NCBI GenBank assembly: GCA_012295275.1
Contig: CM022679.1
Location: 26,474,001-26,538,000, forward strand
Direction of reading: 5' to 3'
Length of the DNA: 64,000 nt
Source of the DNA: Chrysomallon squamiferum
Taxonomy: Eukaryota > Animalia > Mollusca
The translations under genes and the position numbers were made by a program. This document shows positions 1-16,519 of the stretch, piece after piece (the stretch's first letter is position 1; every line of letters begins with the position of its first letter). Under the pieces are notes generated by a model. The model was not told the DNA's origin, did no database searches, and saw only the letters and a list, made by a program, of their open reading frames with translations.

Positions 1-232
1 CATTAACAATTATTAATCACTCATTAATTCTAAATATAAATTATTTTCTAATTTAAAAGTAAATAAGTTATTTTTCTGTGTTACATAATAAATTGCTAAT
101 TATTTCTTTTTTCTCTCACATATTACATGATTAATATTTAAAAAAAAATCATTTTATTTTATCTTTCGTAAAATTATAAAACAAAAGTAAATATTTTAAT
201 ATAACAAATACTTTGTTTAATTTCTTTCATAC

Positions 233-3200
233 TTGCAATGATATTTTCTGGTACTGATGCTTGGTATTCTGCCTTTGTAAATTTTGGGGTAAAGTCATTT
301 ATATCCTGTAAAAGACACAAACAAATTGTGTTTCAAATAATTCTATCATTATATGCCTGTGAAAAAAGAAACAAATAACTAAGTAAACATATAAATAAAG
401 AGATATAAAAACATTCTTTCTTGTATTTGTACTGCTAAACTATGATTTTAATATAAATTTAGTATTGTATTTCTATTTTATAAAATATGGTGTGTGTACA
501 ATTTGTAAGTTGGTAGATATGTACATATGGATTGATAGTTGAATGGATGTTTGAATATATCTTCATTTTATGGATGAAGGAACATGTACAGCTGCAAAAA
601 TATGCATCCACAAAAAAACCTATAATAATTACAACTGGAATAACAACAACAGAAAAACAAAACAATTATAATAATAACAGTAAAAATACTATTACTACAA
701 CAATAAATACTACTATTAATGATAATGATAATAACAACATAATAATAATATGATGATAATAATAACAACAGCAGCAATAACAATAATGATATCAACAGTA
801 GTTATACTACCAATAAAAGCATCAATGATAATAATACAGTGGTAACAACAAAAATAAGAAGAAGAACAATAGCTATGATAATTATAATAATTAAATTTAA
901 GAATAATTGTTTAACAGATCATCACCAGGTGAATATACCTGTACTGTGATGGTAGCATTCACTTCAGAACAAAGAGACACGTTCCCATGATCACATCCTT
1001 GCAGTGTTAACAATATTCGTCCATGATGAGTCTCACTTATGTTTTCATAGTCTACAGCGTGAATTAATGAAAGCACTCCATTTGATGAACTGACGTTAAA
1101 GTGGCTTTTCAGATTGGAAGGTACAGCATGCAGTAACTTGTAAGAGATTTGACTGTTTGGTGTATTTTTTTTGTCCTTGTCAACTGCCTGTTGAATAACA
1201 AGGAAAATTATAAAATGTCTATGAATATACATGTTTGTTCATTCATGCATGTATGCATTCACACAATACAAATGCACAGATTCACATGATAAACACATAT
1301 TTTGCACATCTTGAATTTTTGTATATTTAATAGACTTTTTTTCTTTTACAAATTCATATATACTCACCTTTACTTTTAACTGGCTGTCAAAATTTTTAGA
1401 GTTTTCTTTCACATAGCCCTGATAATGAGTTCTCAGGAACTGGGGCATTGTCATTAACATCACTGATGTTTATAGTTAGTGGAGCTGTTTGTCTTCGACC
1501 TCCTCCATCAGCAGCAACAATTGTTAGATAATATGTCTGTTTGGTTTCATAATCCACAGACCCATTTATCATCACTTCACCAGAGGTATGGTTTATGGTG
1601 AATCTGAAAACAAATAAAAATCTTGATGGACTATGTTGTTGTCTCCCAAACAGGTGTAAAATGCTGATATCAGATTTTTTTTTTTGTTTTTTATCTCTCA
1701 TTTATGGTGCTTTGCATTTAGTAGTCAATTTAATATTTAGGTTAGATAGCAAGGTGACAATGGATTATATTTCTATAATAAGTAGAAAACATCAGAAATA
1801 TTTACTGTTAAAATGAAATAATTATGAAATTAATAAATAAATATTTTATCAGTTTTGTAGTCAGTTGAAAAAAAATTAAATTAAGTTAATTATGAAAAAT
1901 AAGCAGCAATATCAAGTACATTGAGAAACAAGAATCCTAATCTATTTAATGGGTGTATATACACACACACATATACATGCATACACACACATACATGTAG
2001 TATATATATAGAAAATAGAACACACACAAGATATAGTAGTAATAATAATAGCAGTATTAGAAATAATAGTAGTGATTATATTAGTAAACTGTAGACTAAT
2101 TGTGTAGCGTTTGTATGAAATATATCTGGTTATGAGTGCATTCCAATCTCAGGAATCCCTGTGGGCTGTTTCTAGTTCCAACCAGTGTCCCCATCTCTGA
2201 ATGGAGTATATATCAAAAATTTGTCCTTCCAAGTTTATGGAAAATTATACCATTATCTGTTAGTTCCTTCTAATCAGAGACTATAATTTTAAAAAGAAAA
2301 CATATCTTCCTTTGAAGATATTTATTATAATTCATTTGGTAAATTTTAATATATGTGTATTATTTTTTAAGTAAACTAGTTCTTTGCGCTTTTCTTTGTT
2401 ACTGAACGCTACTTACAAACCCTCTCCTCCTTGAAGGGAATATGTAACATGTCCAAATTCATTACTATCTTTGTCTGTTGCCTAAAAAATAATATAACTG
2501 CACATAAAACAAACGAAATAATAACAACAATCAAAGTAATAATTAATGACATTTTTTATCAAAAGCATATGACTTTGTTTATGTGTGTAACAGGGGTCAA
2601 AATATTCATCGCACTTAATTTACAAATGGAAATCAATATTTACTAATATGTCTAAGAATGCACAGAGGTTGACATCTTCCAACCATCCTCAGTGTTATCA
2701 TCATCATCATCTTCATTATTATTATTATTTCCAAATTACTGTTGTGTTTTTTTGGAACCAATATTTAATAACAAAATATGATCTTCACATAACAGGTTTA
2801 TTTGGATGTGTGAACGTTGTTGACATTTTTTCTCTTATAGTGAATCTGTTTTATTGTTTCTGATAGGTTTTCAGGAAAAATAAAACCATAATTTGTACTT
2901 GGACTTTTAGTTCATGCCACCATTAAATTTTTTAATATATGATAGTTTTAGACTAATCCACTAAATGTCAACACAAATAAAAAGCATTATCTAATGACAA
3001 ATGGAAACAATAACTAAACATTTTTCTATTAAAATCATAATCATCATCAGCAGCATCCTCATAAAAATTATTTTAATTATTATTATTACTATTAGTAGTA
3101 GTAGTAGTAGTAGTAAATATAAATTTATTAGCATTATATTATTTTAAAATATATTCATAAATTTATTTTATAAATTAATTACCTATACCTATTTTAAAAT

Positions 3201-4256
3201 ATTTTATAATTTATTTTTGATTTGTTGTAATAGGACTATTTAAATAAAAATATATTTTTGCATAAAATAAACTTAATATTTTTACCTGTATTTTAACACA
3301 TGTTTTGGCTATGAATGGTATTCATTTTTGGCAATGGTTTTGAATATACAATTGATGAGAATTTAGGATCATTGTCATAATTGACATCAATAATTGTGAG
3401 TCGTCCATTTGCTGTGTTGATTATGCTGATTTTGAATGCCCCATCCAGTTGTCTGTTTGGCAATAACAGGAAAAAAAATTAAGAATATTTAATCGAAAGA
3501 GAAATAATTATTATTATTTGTGTTGTGTGTGTGTGTGTGTGTGTGTGAATTCATTATTTGTGTGTAATTTTGTGTCAGACTGTTTGTGTGTTGTGTGTGA
3601 TTTTACAGATGATGTTTTTATGAGAGAGAGAGATAGACAGACAGAAAGTGACAGAGAGAGAGAGTTTAATAAATATTTGTATCAGTCTTTAGATACATTA
3701 CACACTTACATGAAAAGTTAAATTTTGATGTTTCTCGTAATCAAGAATGGTTTGATTTTTAATCTTCAAAACTACAGAACCAGTGGTATCAATCATCTTT
3801 GGATCAGGTTCAAAATAATCAGCATAATGGTTGTCTATTTCCAGAGTGAATTTCGAGTTATTCCCCTTTAAAAAAAAAATAAAGACATACTGTAGTAAAC
3901 TCTGTGTTTTTTTTAATAACAATATAAGATTATGATGATAAGTTATTATTTAAATCATATAATGTCTCAAGGAATACTGAGATTATAATTTTAAATGTTA
4001 CCTTATCTTTATCACTTATTAGTATTGATGATGGTGCTTTTAATGTCAGAGGTATTCCTGTCTGCATATTTTCTCTAACTTCTGCAGTGTAGTTTGGTCC
4101 ATTTGTAAACACTGGAGGATTATCATTCTCATCTTTTATAGTTATAGATAAAGTACCTATAATAAGAACAGTAATAACAATAATAATAATAACAATAATA
4201 ATAACAATAATAATCATGAAACCAATAAAAATGTGAATGAATATTAAATGTATGTA

Positions 4257-4298
<42 letters not shown>

Positions 4299-4365
4299 AT
4301 GTGTATTTGCATGTATGTATGTATATTTTTTTTGTTGTATATATATGTATGTGTGTTTATATATC

Positions 4366-4442
<77 letters not shown>

Positions 4443-4869
4443 TATATATATATATCTTTAATCTATATATAATCATTAAACTATTTATACAAGAACAAAT
4501 TAAATGTATCATTATCAATGACAAAGTATACAAACATGATGCTGTCTGTGGTAAGTTTTGTACTCCATTTGTGTCATTCACCATTATTACCAAATTAATT
4601 CTATCCACTTGTTCTCTGTCTACACCAGACCTTGTAGATATGTTCCCACTGGACTTGTTGAGGTCAAACCAGTTCTATGAATATTAATGAGGTTAATGAA
4701 TATGTAGCATACTTTATGACAAAAAGAAAGCACAGTTTTTTAAACAGTGACAAGAAGCAAAGTAGATCAAATCTATCATTACATTATAAATAAAAAGATT
4801 GATGAAGAAATAAGAAATATATGCCTTGTTAAATATACTCCATTAATTTAAATATGAATACTCAATTTA

Positions 4870-4910
<41 letters not shown>

Positions 4911-5886
4911 AAGTAAAGTATTTTGATATCTAATTCAATGTAGCTTTCTGGCTTTTCACTTTAATTTGTGTCTTGATGATAGCAATGATAATGTCATAGA
5001 CGAAGATGATAATTAACAGTTTAACTCACCTTAAAGCTGTCTGCCTGGCCTGAATGCCCTTTAGCATCAAAGGCAGAACTTTCTGACCAAATGATATAAT
5101 ACTCTAAATTGGAGTCTGCATCAGTGTCGTTTGCAAAAAGATTGAAAATGACGGAATTGTTTTTATTTTCATAAACACTTGTCTCATAAATATCTTTGCC
5201 AAATGTTGGTTTCTCATCATTGATATTGGTCACATTAATCACAACAGTTGTGTTTGTGGACCTAGGCGGATTCCCCCTATCCTGAGCATTAACTTTTATT
5301 GAGTAAGTGGATGTTTGTTCAGTATCCAGACTTCCAGCACATGTAATGTCCCCTGTGTTGCTGTTGATTCGAAATTTTCCAAAATCTCCATTGAGGATGC
5401 TATAGAACACTGCATTGTTTGGAGGACTGCCGTCATGATCTGTTGCCTTCACTCTTACAACAACAGAACCTTCAAGTTCAAACAGTACTTTGGTACAAAG
5501 ATCATCATGTTACAAATATAAGCATGATCGGTAGAGTAATATATCCAGAATTGTCAGGAAAATGTACCTATGCATTCAAGATGTGGATATGGTATTTGTT
5601 CTTTGGGTATGACCTATTTTGATGTTATTTATATGCAATATGAAATGCATTATGACTGATGTTAGTATAGGAAAAGTGAAGGATGCTTATATGTAAGTAA
5701 GTCTTACTTGGACTGTGAGAAGGAACCAAAGTAAAGTAAGTAATTGTACAGTAGTAGGCAGTAAGTATTGGTTACCTTTTGAATATGTTGATTATTCATA
5801 AATAAGATTTTAAACATAAAAAGAAACACATACTAAATCCATTTCCATACATATGTATTTATAAAACATATCAACAAAAACTGGTT

Positions 5887-5956
<70 letters not shown>

Positions 5957-8680
5957 TTTTTATTAACATATTCTTAAAGAAAAGCAGACAAAAATAAATT
6001 TATGCTCATGCATACTTAGTAAATGTTAATCATTGTTAATCATGAAAGCAACAAAATAAAGCAAAAAATCTGGAACAATAAACAAATATCATAATTAGGG
6101 CATGCACTAAATGTTATTAATAAACCAAAAAGGTAATAGGTTGGATCTGAAAATACAAATACAGATTAGTATGTTGATTCAAAAAGAAATGAACACTTTC
6201 AGAAAAGTATTACTCATGTCTTAGATTATACAGCAATACCTAATTACTTTTACACTGATCAGCTTTTTTCCAAATAATGATTTAGTTGATAATACAAATT
6301 CAAAAGTAATATAGTAATAAATATAGTGAGAATATGCTTTTCTTTTTCAATCATCTAGGAAATCAAGATGTTAGTATTTCTAATTGTTTGGGTACAACAA
6401 AAACAATAATAATTAATAAAAAGAAAAGTAAGAAGAATTATATATTAAAACAGATATTTGCACATATCTGTGGCAATTATTCCAAAATTCATGACACATG
6501 GTTTGATTATGCACCCTAAAAATGATAAATGAGCTTATTAGATATCCTTATATGGCATTCCTTTTTTCCATTTTTTCATTTTTTATTTATTTTGTATCTA
6601 ACAATATTCCATCAGAATTATAAATAAAACTAATAATTAAAAGCTAAACAATTATTACTCCTCTGTCCTACAAATAATATTAATATAATAATATTACTTT
6701 TAGGTTAAAAATAAGAATTTTGTATGAATCATACAAATTAATTTACCTGATGTAGCATTTTCTTTAACTTCAGCAAAGAAAGGGTTTTTGTCAAATTTAG
6801 GCGAGTTGTCATTTTCATCCTATTAGAAAAAAGAAATAGTGGAAGAAAAAAAAGAAAAAAGTAAAAAAGAACAGTTAAAGTAGACCTGTAGAATATAAAG
6901 AAATACTCTAAACAGATTCTGCACTTTTCCAAATTAGGTTTTACTGGTTTTTGAATTTCCAGGACAGATCATTTCTATAAAATTTGTTGTAGTGTCAGAA
7001 ATACACAGTAATCAGTTTAAAATGATGCCAGTTTAAAATGGTGAAGTGGCAACATTTAAATATACTGAAAGAGTATTATTTTATCATAATACTTTGTTAT
7101 GTGAGATCATAATTTGATCAAAACTGTGAAACTACATAGACTAACTTCATAATATAAAAAAACTGTTGTTTATTAGACCATTTATTCATACCACCATCAG
7201 GTATGATTATTAATCATACTGTTCAAATGTATTGTTTCGGTACATTTATGTAGGTTTTTTTCCCACGTTTGTTCTGTCATGGAATTTAACAGTTATACCA
7301 TTTTGACTTTATTGGGGTTTGAATTTTAATAGCAGATAGATTCTTATATACGGATAAAATTAATATTACATATATTCATATGTATTGGAAATTTTCACAA
7401 GCACACACACATACATACAGACAGATATGTACACACAAGCATACATTAAAAACACATGTACATGCATAACTATACAGATATACACAGACACATTTAAGAA
7501 ATACATATTTATCAGACCCTTATACACACACACAGCGCATACTTCACACACACATATGTAAATGTTACAAATATATATATATAGATATATATATATGTAC
7601 ATGCACATGCAAGTATACTTGTGTAAAAAGAAATGGACCAAGTAATGTTACCTACATAAATAAGAAAACAGGAATAAAATGACACCAAACTTGATACCTG
7701 AACTGTAATACTGACAGTCACAGTTGCTGTAAGTTGTGGCGATCCTTGATCGCTTGCAGTTACATTGAGTGTAATCTGACCTTTAGTGTCATTAAGACTC
7801 TCATAATCCAGACCTTGATTCACTGAAATGTTTCCTGTGAATGCATCTATGCTGAAGTTAGCACGTACATTTTGTGGAAATGCTGATTTTATCGAATATG
7901 TAATATTGCCATTTTGTCTTATATCAGCATCTGTTGCCTAAATGAAAAAAAATTGCATGTGATTTTTGCACAGTGTTATGTGGACATATCATTAAATAAT
8001 ACTGCCTAACCAATATTTTTGATAGGATTTTAATACCTTGGTGTTACATATTAACATAAACTTACTATAAATAAAACAAGTATTTATAAACATCCCATGT
8101 TTGTTTGCATTTTTGATTTTGACTTTTAGATTACTATACATCAGTTTTTAGTTTACCAGTTGATAAAGTGATATCAAATATGTTGTCACTTTTTTAATGA
8201 AAGTGACAATTTTTGTCAGAACCAATTATTTTATTTCATTTTACTGCTTAGTAGCAACCCTAACATCTCATACTGTAGGTTATAAATAAAATTAATACTT
8301 CAAATGAATCTGTGTATAATATTTTATGCTAGTTATTTGTTTTTGTTTTTTAAAATGTGATATATAATTTGTTCACCAATAAATATGATTTACATAAGTT
8401 GTAATTTTATCATAATTAACACTTATTCATCAATGTGTAATTTACAAAAGCTATAATTTTATCATTATTGCTCTTGTAGGTATAATTTACATATTTTACA
8501 AATTAAATGATAACTATTACTTTATGTAATTTAATGAGTCTTGTTTTATTTAATTTCAAAATGCCCAAATACAATAGAAGAAAAAAAAATCAAAATCAAT
8601 AACAAAGCTGCATTCATATTTTTGTTTAATTATGAACCTTTCCAACAATGGTCAGATGACATAACAAATTTTATTCCATG

Positions 8681-8742
<62 letters not shown>

Positions 8743-9377
8743 CATTATTTTTTAAACCTGCCATGTAATTAAATATGTATATATCTAACAAAGTAACAAT
8801 GTAAATAATTAGTATAAATAAATATTAGAAAGTAGAAAAGCAAGTAATAAAACAAGAAAGTAAATAAATAAGTAAATCTATACTAAAAGAATCAAGAAAT
8901 ACGAATGATAGTAACATATTTTAGAATTAAGAATTAGACAAATTTGGATGGGATTATAATTAATAAAACAAATAGTAATTTAAAAAAACTTTATAAAGTA
9001 ACAACAACAACAAACAAACTGTGTTAATAAATAAGTAAATAAAATGATTTTCTATTCAGTTATTAAGAGTATTAATAATCAAATCAAATAATGAGAATAT
9101 GAACTCTATCAATACATACAGAAACTGTAAGATGATGGTGAAAACTGTTTGGATGTTTCTTTAATATTGGCTGCATAACTGGTTTGTAGAAATATTGGCG
9201 GGTTGTCGTTGACGTCTTTGACGGTGATAATCAACTGACTTCTACTCTTTAGTCCCCCTCCATCTTCCGCTACCACAGCCAAATAATAAGTACTTCGTGT
9301 TTCTCTATTCAGAGTCCCAGTCAGTATTATTTGTCCAATGTTATTAGCAGTCGTTATATTAAATCTGAAAGGTTAAA

Positions 9378-9414
<37 letters not shown>

Positions 9415-10452
9415 TATATTCAAACGGTTTATTATATGTTTTCACAAACTTTAGACTTAAAAACAGAGAAATATAAAATAATTAAAAAAGAAACAGAAAG
9501 AAAGAAAAGGAAAAAACCTGAAGTAAAGGAAAAATTAATAATAATAATAATAATAATAAAATAAATAAATAAATAAATAAATATTAAAAAGTATCCATCC
9601 AAAATTAAAAATATATATATATATATCAAAGAAAAGAAAAAGAGGAAAGCCAAAAGAATGAACAACCGACATTCCAACTTAATGAAGATATTGATATTTT
9701 AACACGCATACACACACAAACCCAAGATTCCAGTTTGAATTCGATCATTGATTGTGGAAATTATTGCATTTGCAGACGACACACAGAAAAAAAAAAAATA
9801 AATAAATAAATAAAAAGGCTTAAAGGGTCATAACTCTTGAATGAAAATAATTTTATTATCTTCTGATTGGTTGGAAACTGTTGACTGCTTTGGACATTGT
9901 CTTATCGATAGATTTATACACAGACTTGTCAAAGAATTATTCAAAGACACATTTATTACGATTTAGAAATTTCCACAGTTTAATTTATGTTCGTATTATG
10001 TTCATACAACTTATTGCTATGTGAAAACTCCTTTTTCTTTTTATAAAACACTAAATGTTACAAGCAAAACAGTATAATCGTTATTTTAGCGATAGAATGG
10101 GAGTATATAGTTATCATGTGTTTGTGCAGATTTAGAGTAAGGTTTGCACGTATGATTGTTTTGTGATCAAAGTATCACTCACCCGACAACTGGTGTTTGG
10201 AAAGAATACGTTATTTCACCAAAAGTTCCTCGATCACCATCTGTAGCCTAAAGCAAAATTAACAGTAAGAGTTAGTCAAACAATGAGTTTCTGTAAATTA
10301 TTATTTTAATGCCTGTGCAGTCATAGGGCAATAGAATAATTTATATTTAATGTGTTTTCCTAAAAGTTGAAAAAATAAGAATAAATAAATAAATAAATAA
10401 TAAAAAGTATTACTATTATTTATTTATATATTTAGAAAGAATGCTTTTGTTA

Positions 10453-10540
<88 letters not shown>

Positions 10541-10768
10541 AAATTGTGGTGGATCACAGTTTATATTCATACATACTATGACATTTATTACTCGGGTTCT
10601 TGGAACAATGTTTTCTAGCAGGTGTATTTCGTACGAGTCATTTTGAAACACTGGCTCGTTGTCGTTGATGTTTATCAGATTAATCGTCACTGTGGCTGTA
10701 GTTGTGTGATTCTCCTTAGTCTTTGTTTCGACTGCTTTCATCTTTAATAATAATAATAATAGTAAAGA

Positions 10769-10808
<40 letters not shown>

Positions 10809-13128
10809 GCATTCAAATGATTAAAACCATCATACTGGATAAATAATTACTATTAAAATAACTGCGATCTGTGCGTGTTTGCATAAAGTACATACGGGCA
10901 TTTTCAGTATCAGACATGATAAAATATTAGTATTCTATAATAGTGGACTGTTTAACATAAATTATTTGTAAATTATTCACACGTCATAATGTTATTGTTT
11001 AGATATACACAAATGAAAACAAAAAAATAAAATATCATTTTGATAAATAAAACTAAAAACTAAATGCTAAATATTAATCCACTCATATTAGTTTTGAAAA
11101 AGAAAACAAACAAACAAACTAAACTAAATGTATTTGTCATATTTGGTAAACAAAAACAAAATAATAATAATAATATAATAAATTTTAAATTAATAAACTA
11201 TTTTAAATAAGTATGAATTAAAATATAAATTCCATTATATTGGATAAACAGTAATTAAAAGAACACGAGTATATATGTAGACACATATGTTTAAAACAGT
11301 TCATTAATAATTTATAAATAAATAAACTTTCTAAATATTTCATCATCTTTTTATCTTTTTTTCTTCTTCGCCAGCTCCTTCATCTTTTTATTACTATTGA
11401 TGTTGTTGTTGCTGTTGTTGTTGAAACATACCTAGTACTCACCTTTAAGATAAACGTTTGATTTTTTTCGTAGTCCAGGGCAGTTTCTTTTTTGACACGT
11501 ATGGAAACAGAGGCCGAGGATCGAACAGTCCTGGGAACAATTTCAAAAATGTCATCTGGTTCAATGCTTAGATCAAACATACTGTTATCTCCCTGAAAAT
11601 ATGAAATATTTATTTATTTATTCATTCATTATCTTGATGATTGTTTATAATTATGGTTCTAGTGATAATAATATAGTAGTAGCAGTAGGAATAGTAGTAT
11701 AATAATAGCAGTAGCAAAAGCAATAGTAGTAGTAATAGTAGTAGTAATAGTAGTAATAATAATAATAATAATAGCTATAGCATAAGAAGCAGTTTTGCGA
11801 TTACTGTTGTTGGTAATTGGCCATATAATTATAAACAAATACAAATTATTTACGATTTGCGTAAGGACCATCATCATTATCATCTTTGTTACTGTTGTGC
11901 TTTTTCTTTTATAATGACAATGATGTTACCGATTCACTGATATATTTTCACCAGAAACGTGTGTTTAGAGTTCTGAATGTGAGTGAGTATTTAACTCTAC
12001 CTGATCTTTGTCGGACACGTGTATCTTATTTGTGAAATTCACAGGTATTCCTTGAGGTGAATTTTCTTTAATGGTACCATTGTAACTACTGAAGTTAAAA
12101 ACTGGTGAATTGTCGTTAAGATCATTCACTGTAATGGTCACTGTTGTTGTCGATGAATTTGTAGGAAGACATTTTGACGAATTCTGCAACAGTATGATCG
12201 AAAATAGCCATTAATAAATTTATTATCAGAAGAATTGGTTAACTAAATGAAAGAACGAAAGACTGAATTAATGAACGAACAAAAAGAAGGAACCTACGAA
12301 TGAACTAATGAATGAATGGATTACTGATGCGTAGCCAAAAGAAAACAGTTATTTATTTGTTTGCTTGTTTTGGTTGTTTGATTAAGTTGCAATTACTTTA
12401 CCAAAACACATACTTAAATTGACATTATTGTTTACTGTGACCCTCACTCCATCATCGATTAAGTGCAGAACGAAGGAAGAGCAGTTTTATTTAACAATGC
12501 GCTCAAAACAGTTTCAATCTACTGTTGTGTTGCTTCGTGCATACATAAGATTAAGAAATCCAAATCAGACAGATAATGAGAGAGAATACCTCGTAGGATA
12601 CTTTATTATTTATTATATTATATTATATTATATTATATTATATTTTATTTTATTTTATTTTATTTTATTTTATTTTATTTTATTTATGATAAGTTGATAA
12701 GTAGATACGTGTTTTCTATAAACATGATAAAAATAAGCTGGAAGAAAACGTAGATCAATGAAAAGTATCCAGCCTGATGATATTTTTACCTGTGGTGTTG
12801 CTGTTGATGTGTTGCATATTTCCTGTGCCTGCAAATAAATATAAGACAATAGAAAATATAAAATTAACATTTCTTAAACAATGTCTATAAAAATGAGATT
12901 AATAATAATGATTACAAAATGTGAAAAAATAATAATAATAATAATAATAACAACAACCACAACAAACAGTAACTATAACGATAAAATAAATAAATGAACT
13001 ATATTTTGGACTGTCAGACTGAAACTCTAGCCCAAAATTATTAACAAATTCAAATTAGGAACAATACGAATTATAATTTTCGGATTAATGAAAACTTTGA
13101 AATTCTTTTGTTTTATATTACTATTGCA

Positions 13129-13206
<78 letters not shown>

Positions 13207-13219
13207 TTTTACTATTGAA

Positions 13220-13258
<39 letters not shown>

Positions 13259-14932
13259 GTTTTTTTTGTTTTACCTTTACAGTTAACTTGCATTGGCCAG
13301 TATTGTCAATGAGCATTTTACTATCTGTATCAAGATGTTTCTGTACCAGTATCAGACCAGACGTTGAGTCGATAGAAAATGAATTATTGCATGTATCTGA
13401 AAAGAACGGAAGATGATTATAAGATACTTAATTAATAATAGTAACAACAACAACAACAAAAACAACAACAGCAACCACCACAAAAATAATAATAATAGTT
13501 ACAACAAGACAGATCTTTTTTTCTCTCCTCTCTCTCTTTCTCTTACTTTTGTTATTTTCTTCTTACATTTTTGTTTTTCTTCTGATTTGCGGTTGTCCAG
13601 ATATGTATGTTCGTATATCTGTATGTTCGTATGCACGTTTGTATATATGCATATGTATGTAAGTACATACGTATATACATTCATTTATCTGCATTACTGG
13701 TTCTTAATAATAAACAAATTTTCATTCTTATTTCCGTCTTGTGCTTTTGAAGACAAGTTTAGTATGTTTACCGTTTATTATAGAGTAGTTAACAGGATTT
13801 GGCATTCCAGTGTCTCCATCAAAAGCCATGATTTTTATCTTTGTACTGCTACCCTGCAAAACAAAACGAGAACAACACTAACTTTATGACTGTTATATTA
13901 TTAATATTAAGCCAAAACAAGTAAACTGTAATTACAAACATGCATTCTTACACATTCTAGCTGTTTTGAAGATTTTTTTACTTATTTACTTACTTAGTTA
14001 GTTACTTACTTACTTATTACTTTTACAGTTAGTACAAACAGATAATCAGATATAGACAGATGACTGAAAGGCAGACAGGGGGTGATGGACGGTCAGATAG
14101 AGGCAGATAAATATATAGACAGACAAGAGAGAGAGAGAGAGACAGACAGACAGATAGACAGACGGACGGACGGACAGATAGGCAGATAAGTAGACAGACA
14201 GACTATTACTAACAACTGGAGTGTTTTCGTCAACATGACCACGGTATGGAGTTCCTGTGAAGTACGGGGCAGAATCTTGCAAGTCGTTTACAGTGATATA
14301 CAGATTTGCCGTTGTCTCATGACCTACAGTGTCCTGTCAAGTAATCAGTAGAAACTATTATAACTATATGAATGGGTAATCAAAATTATTAATACACAAA
14401 ATATTTTAAAAAAAAAACCAGAAGGAGATGATGACATTAATGATGATGGTATTGATAATGATGATAGTGATGGTGATCATTATTATATTGATTATTTATA
14501 ATGAATGTGGTGATGTCGATAATAGTGATGATGATGAAAAAGATAGTGATAAATGATGATAATGGTGAGGATGATGCTGAAGACGATGATCAAAATGAAG
14601 AAAATGAAAATGATCTTACGTGCGCAATGACGAAGTAGTGGTAGAATTTGACTTGCTCGTAGTCTAAACTTCCAGTCAGATATATTTTTCCATCCCGTGT
14701 ATTATTCATTTTAAACTTAGACAAGCTTTCACTGTTCTTGGCCTGAAATATAATTAATATTACTACTACTGCAATCGTTTTTCTTGTTATTTTAATTACT
14801 TTTGTGTTTATGTATATAATGTATGTAAATATATGTGTATATGTATGTGTATATGTATATGTATCTAGGTGTATGTGTTAATGCATGTATATATATGTAC
14901 GACTGTTTTCTGTTGTTTTAATTGTTATTATA

Positions 14933-14966
<34 letters not shown>

Positions 14967-15235
14967 GGATGGTTGGATGGATATATCTTTGGATGTGTGT
15001 ATTCTTCAAATTAGAAATATATAATCATTATCGCATATAGGAAAGAATCGGTGCATCTTTATATTAAATGAAGAATTAAATGAATACACTTATTTGAGAA
15101 AATTATAGTTAATAATAATAATAAGAAGAAGAAGAAGAAGAAGAAGCTGCATATCTATATCTATTTATCTATCCATCTATCTATCTACATATATAGCCTA
15201 TTTCCTCTTCAGTAAATTATCAGATTGGATTTAGT

Positions 15236-15274
<39 letters not shown>

Positions 15275-16274
15275 CTTTAGCAAATAATGTTCTTTTCTAT
15301 AAGACTGTATACTTCAGCAAAAACGAAAAAAAAAAAAAGAGAGTATATATGGATGTCTGAAGAACTCTAAATATGGGCTCTGAAAGCAGAGGTTGATATA
15401 CTGGTGGATCTGTTGGAGATGACGTTGAATAGGTAATATACAGGTTATATAGTTGAATTTGTGTGTGATTGTTTGATTAGACTTTGCACAATGCTCTGAC
15501 GCAGGACAATGTCCAGTCACAACCTCACAACTCCAACGATACTCGTTATACACACACACTCTTGTTTAAGATTTTAATCTTTAGTATATATATATTGATG
15601 AAATGGGAAATATCAGTGTTGAATATAATTTAGATATTAAAAATTAAACTTACCTGAGCCTGTTCGAGAAGAATAATATATATAAATAAATAAATTAATC
15701 GATTGATTAATGCAGTAAATAAAGGATATTTTATTACTATGCCTTGGTTTGATTACATTAAAAATCAATTCAAGTGTTTATGGAAATTTGCTTAACTTTG
15801 TTATTATAATTAAATCATTATTATTATTATTATTGTTATGATTATTATGTTATTATTGTTGTTGTTGCTGTTGCTGCTGCAGCTATTGTTGTGTTAATGA
15901 ATTAATATAAAAACATTTGTTGTCGTGTCTATTTTTTCTTTAATCCACTGCATAACACAAATAATACATCAAAACGTGAGTATCTTCGGTTATATAGACA
16001 TTCCCAAAAGACAATGGATGATAAGCTGCACAACAATTACACTAAGAAGGATTGATCCTAAGACCACAACAAATCAGAGCAATATCTAACAGTATCTACT
16101 ACAATGTTTGTTTTTATGCTGTAGAATTTTTTTTTCTGAATTTTTTTGATCAGTAAATAACCAGATATATGCTAAAAAAGACGTTATTCAGAGAGTCATG
16201 ATATATATATTATATATTATATAATATATATATATATATATATATGCTGATGCTACTGAGAGAGAGAGAATGGA

Positions 16275-16320
<46 letters not shown>

Positions 16321-16483
16321 TCAATCACTAAATCTGTCATTTCTTGTCATACACTAGAAATAACATATATATTAAAATCTGATGCTATTACTAAATCTAA
16401 TTTTAAACAATCACCATTTAATAAAAATATGTATGTATGACATCTATATCTATATAGATTATATCAATAAACCACGTATGTGT

Positions 16484-16519
<36 letters not shown>

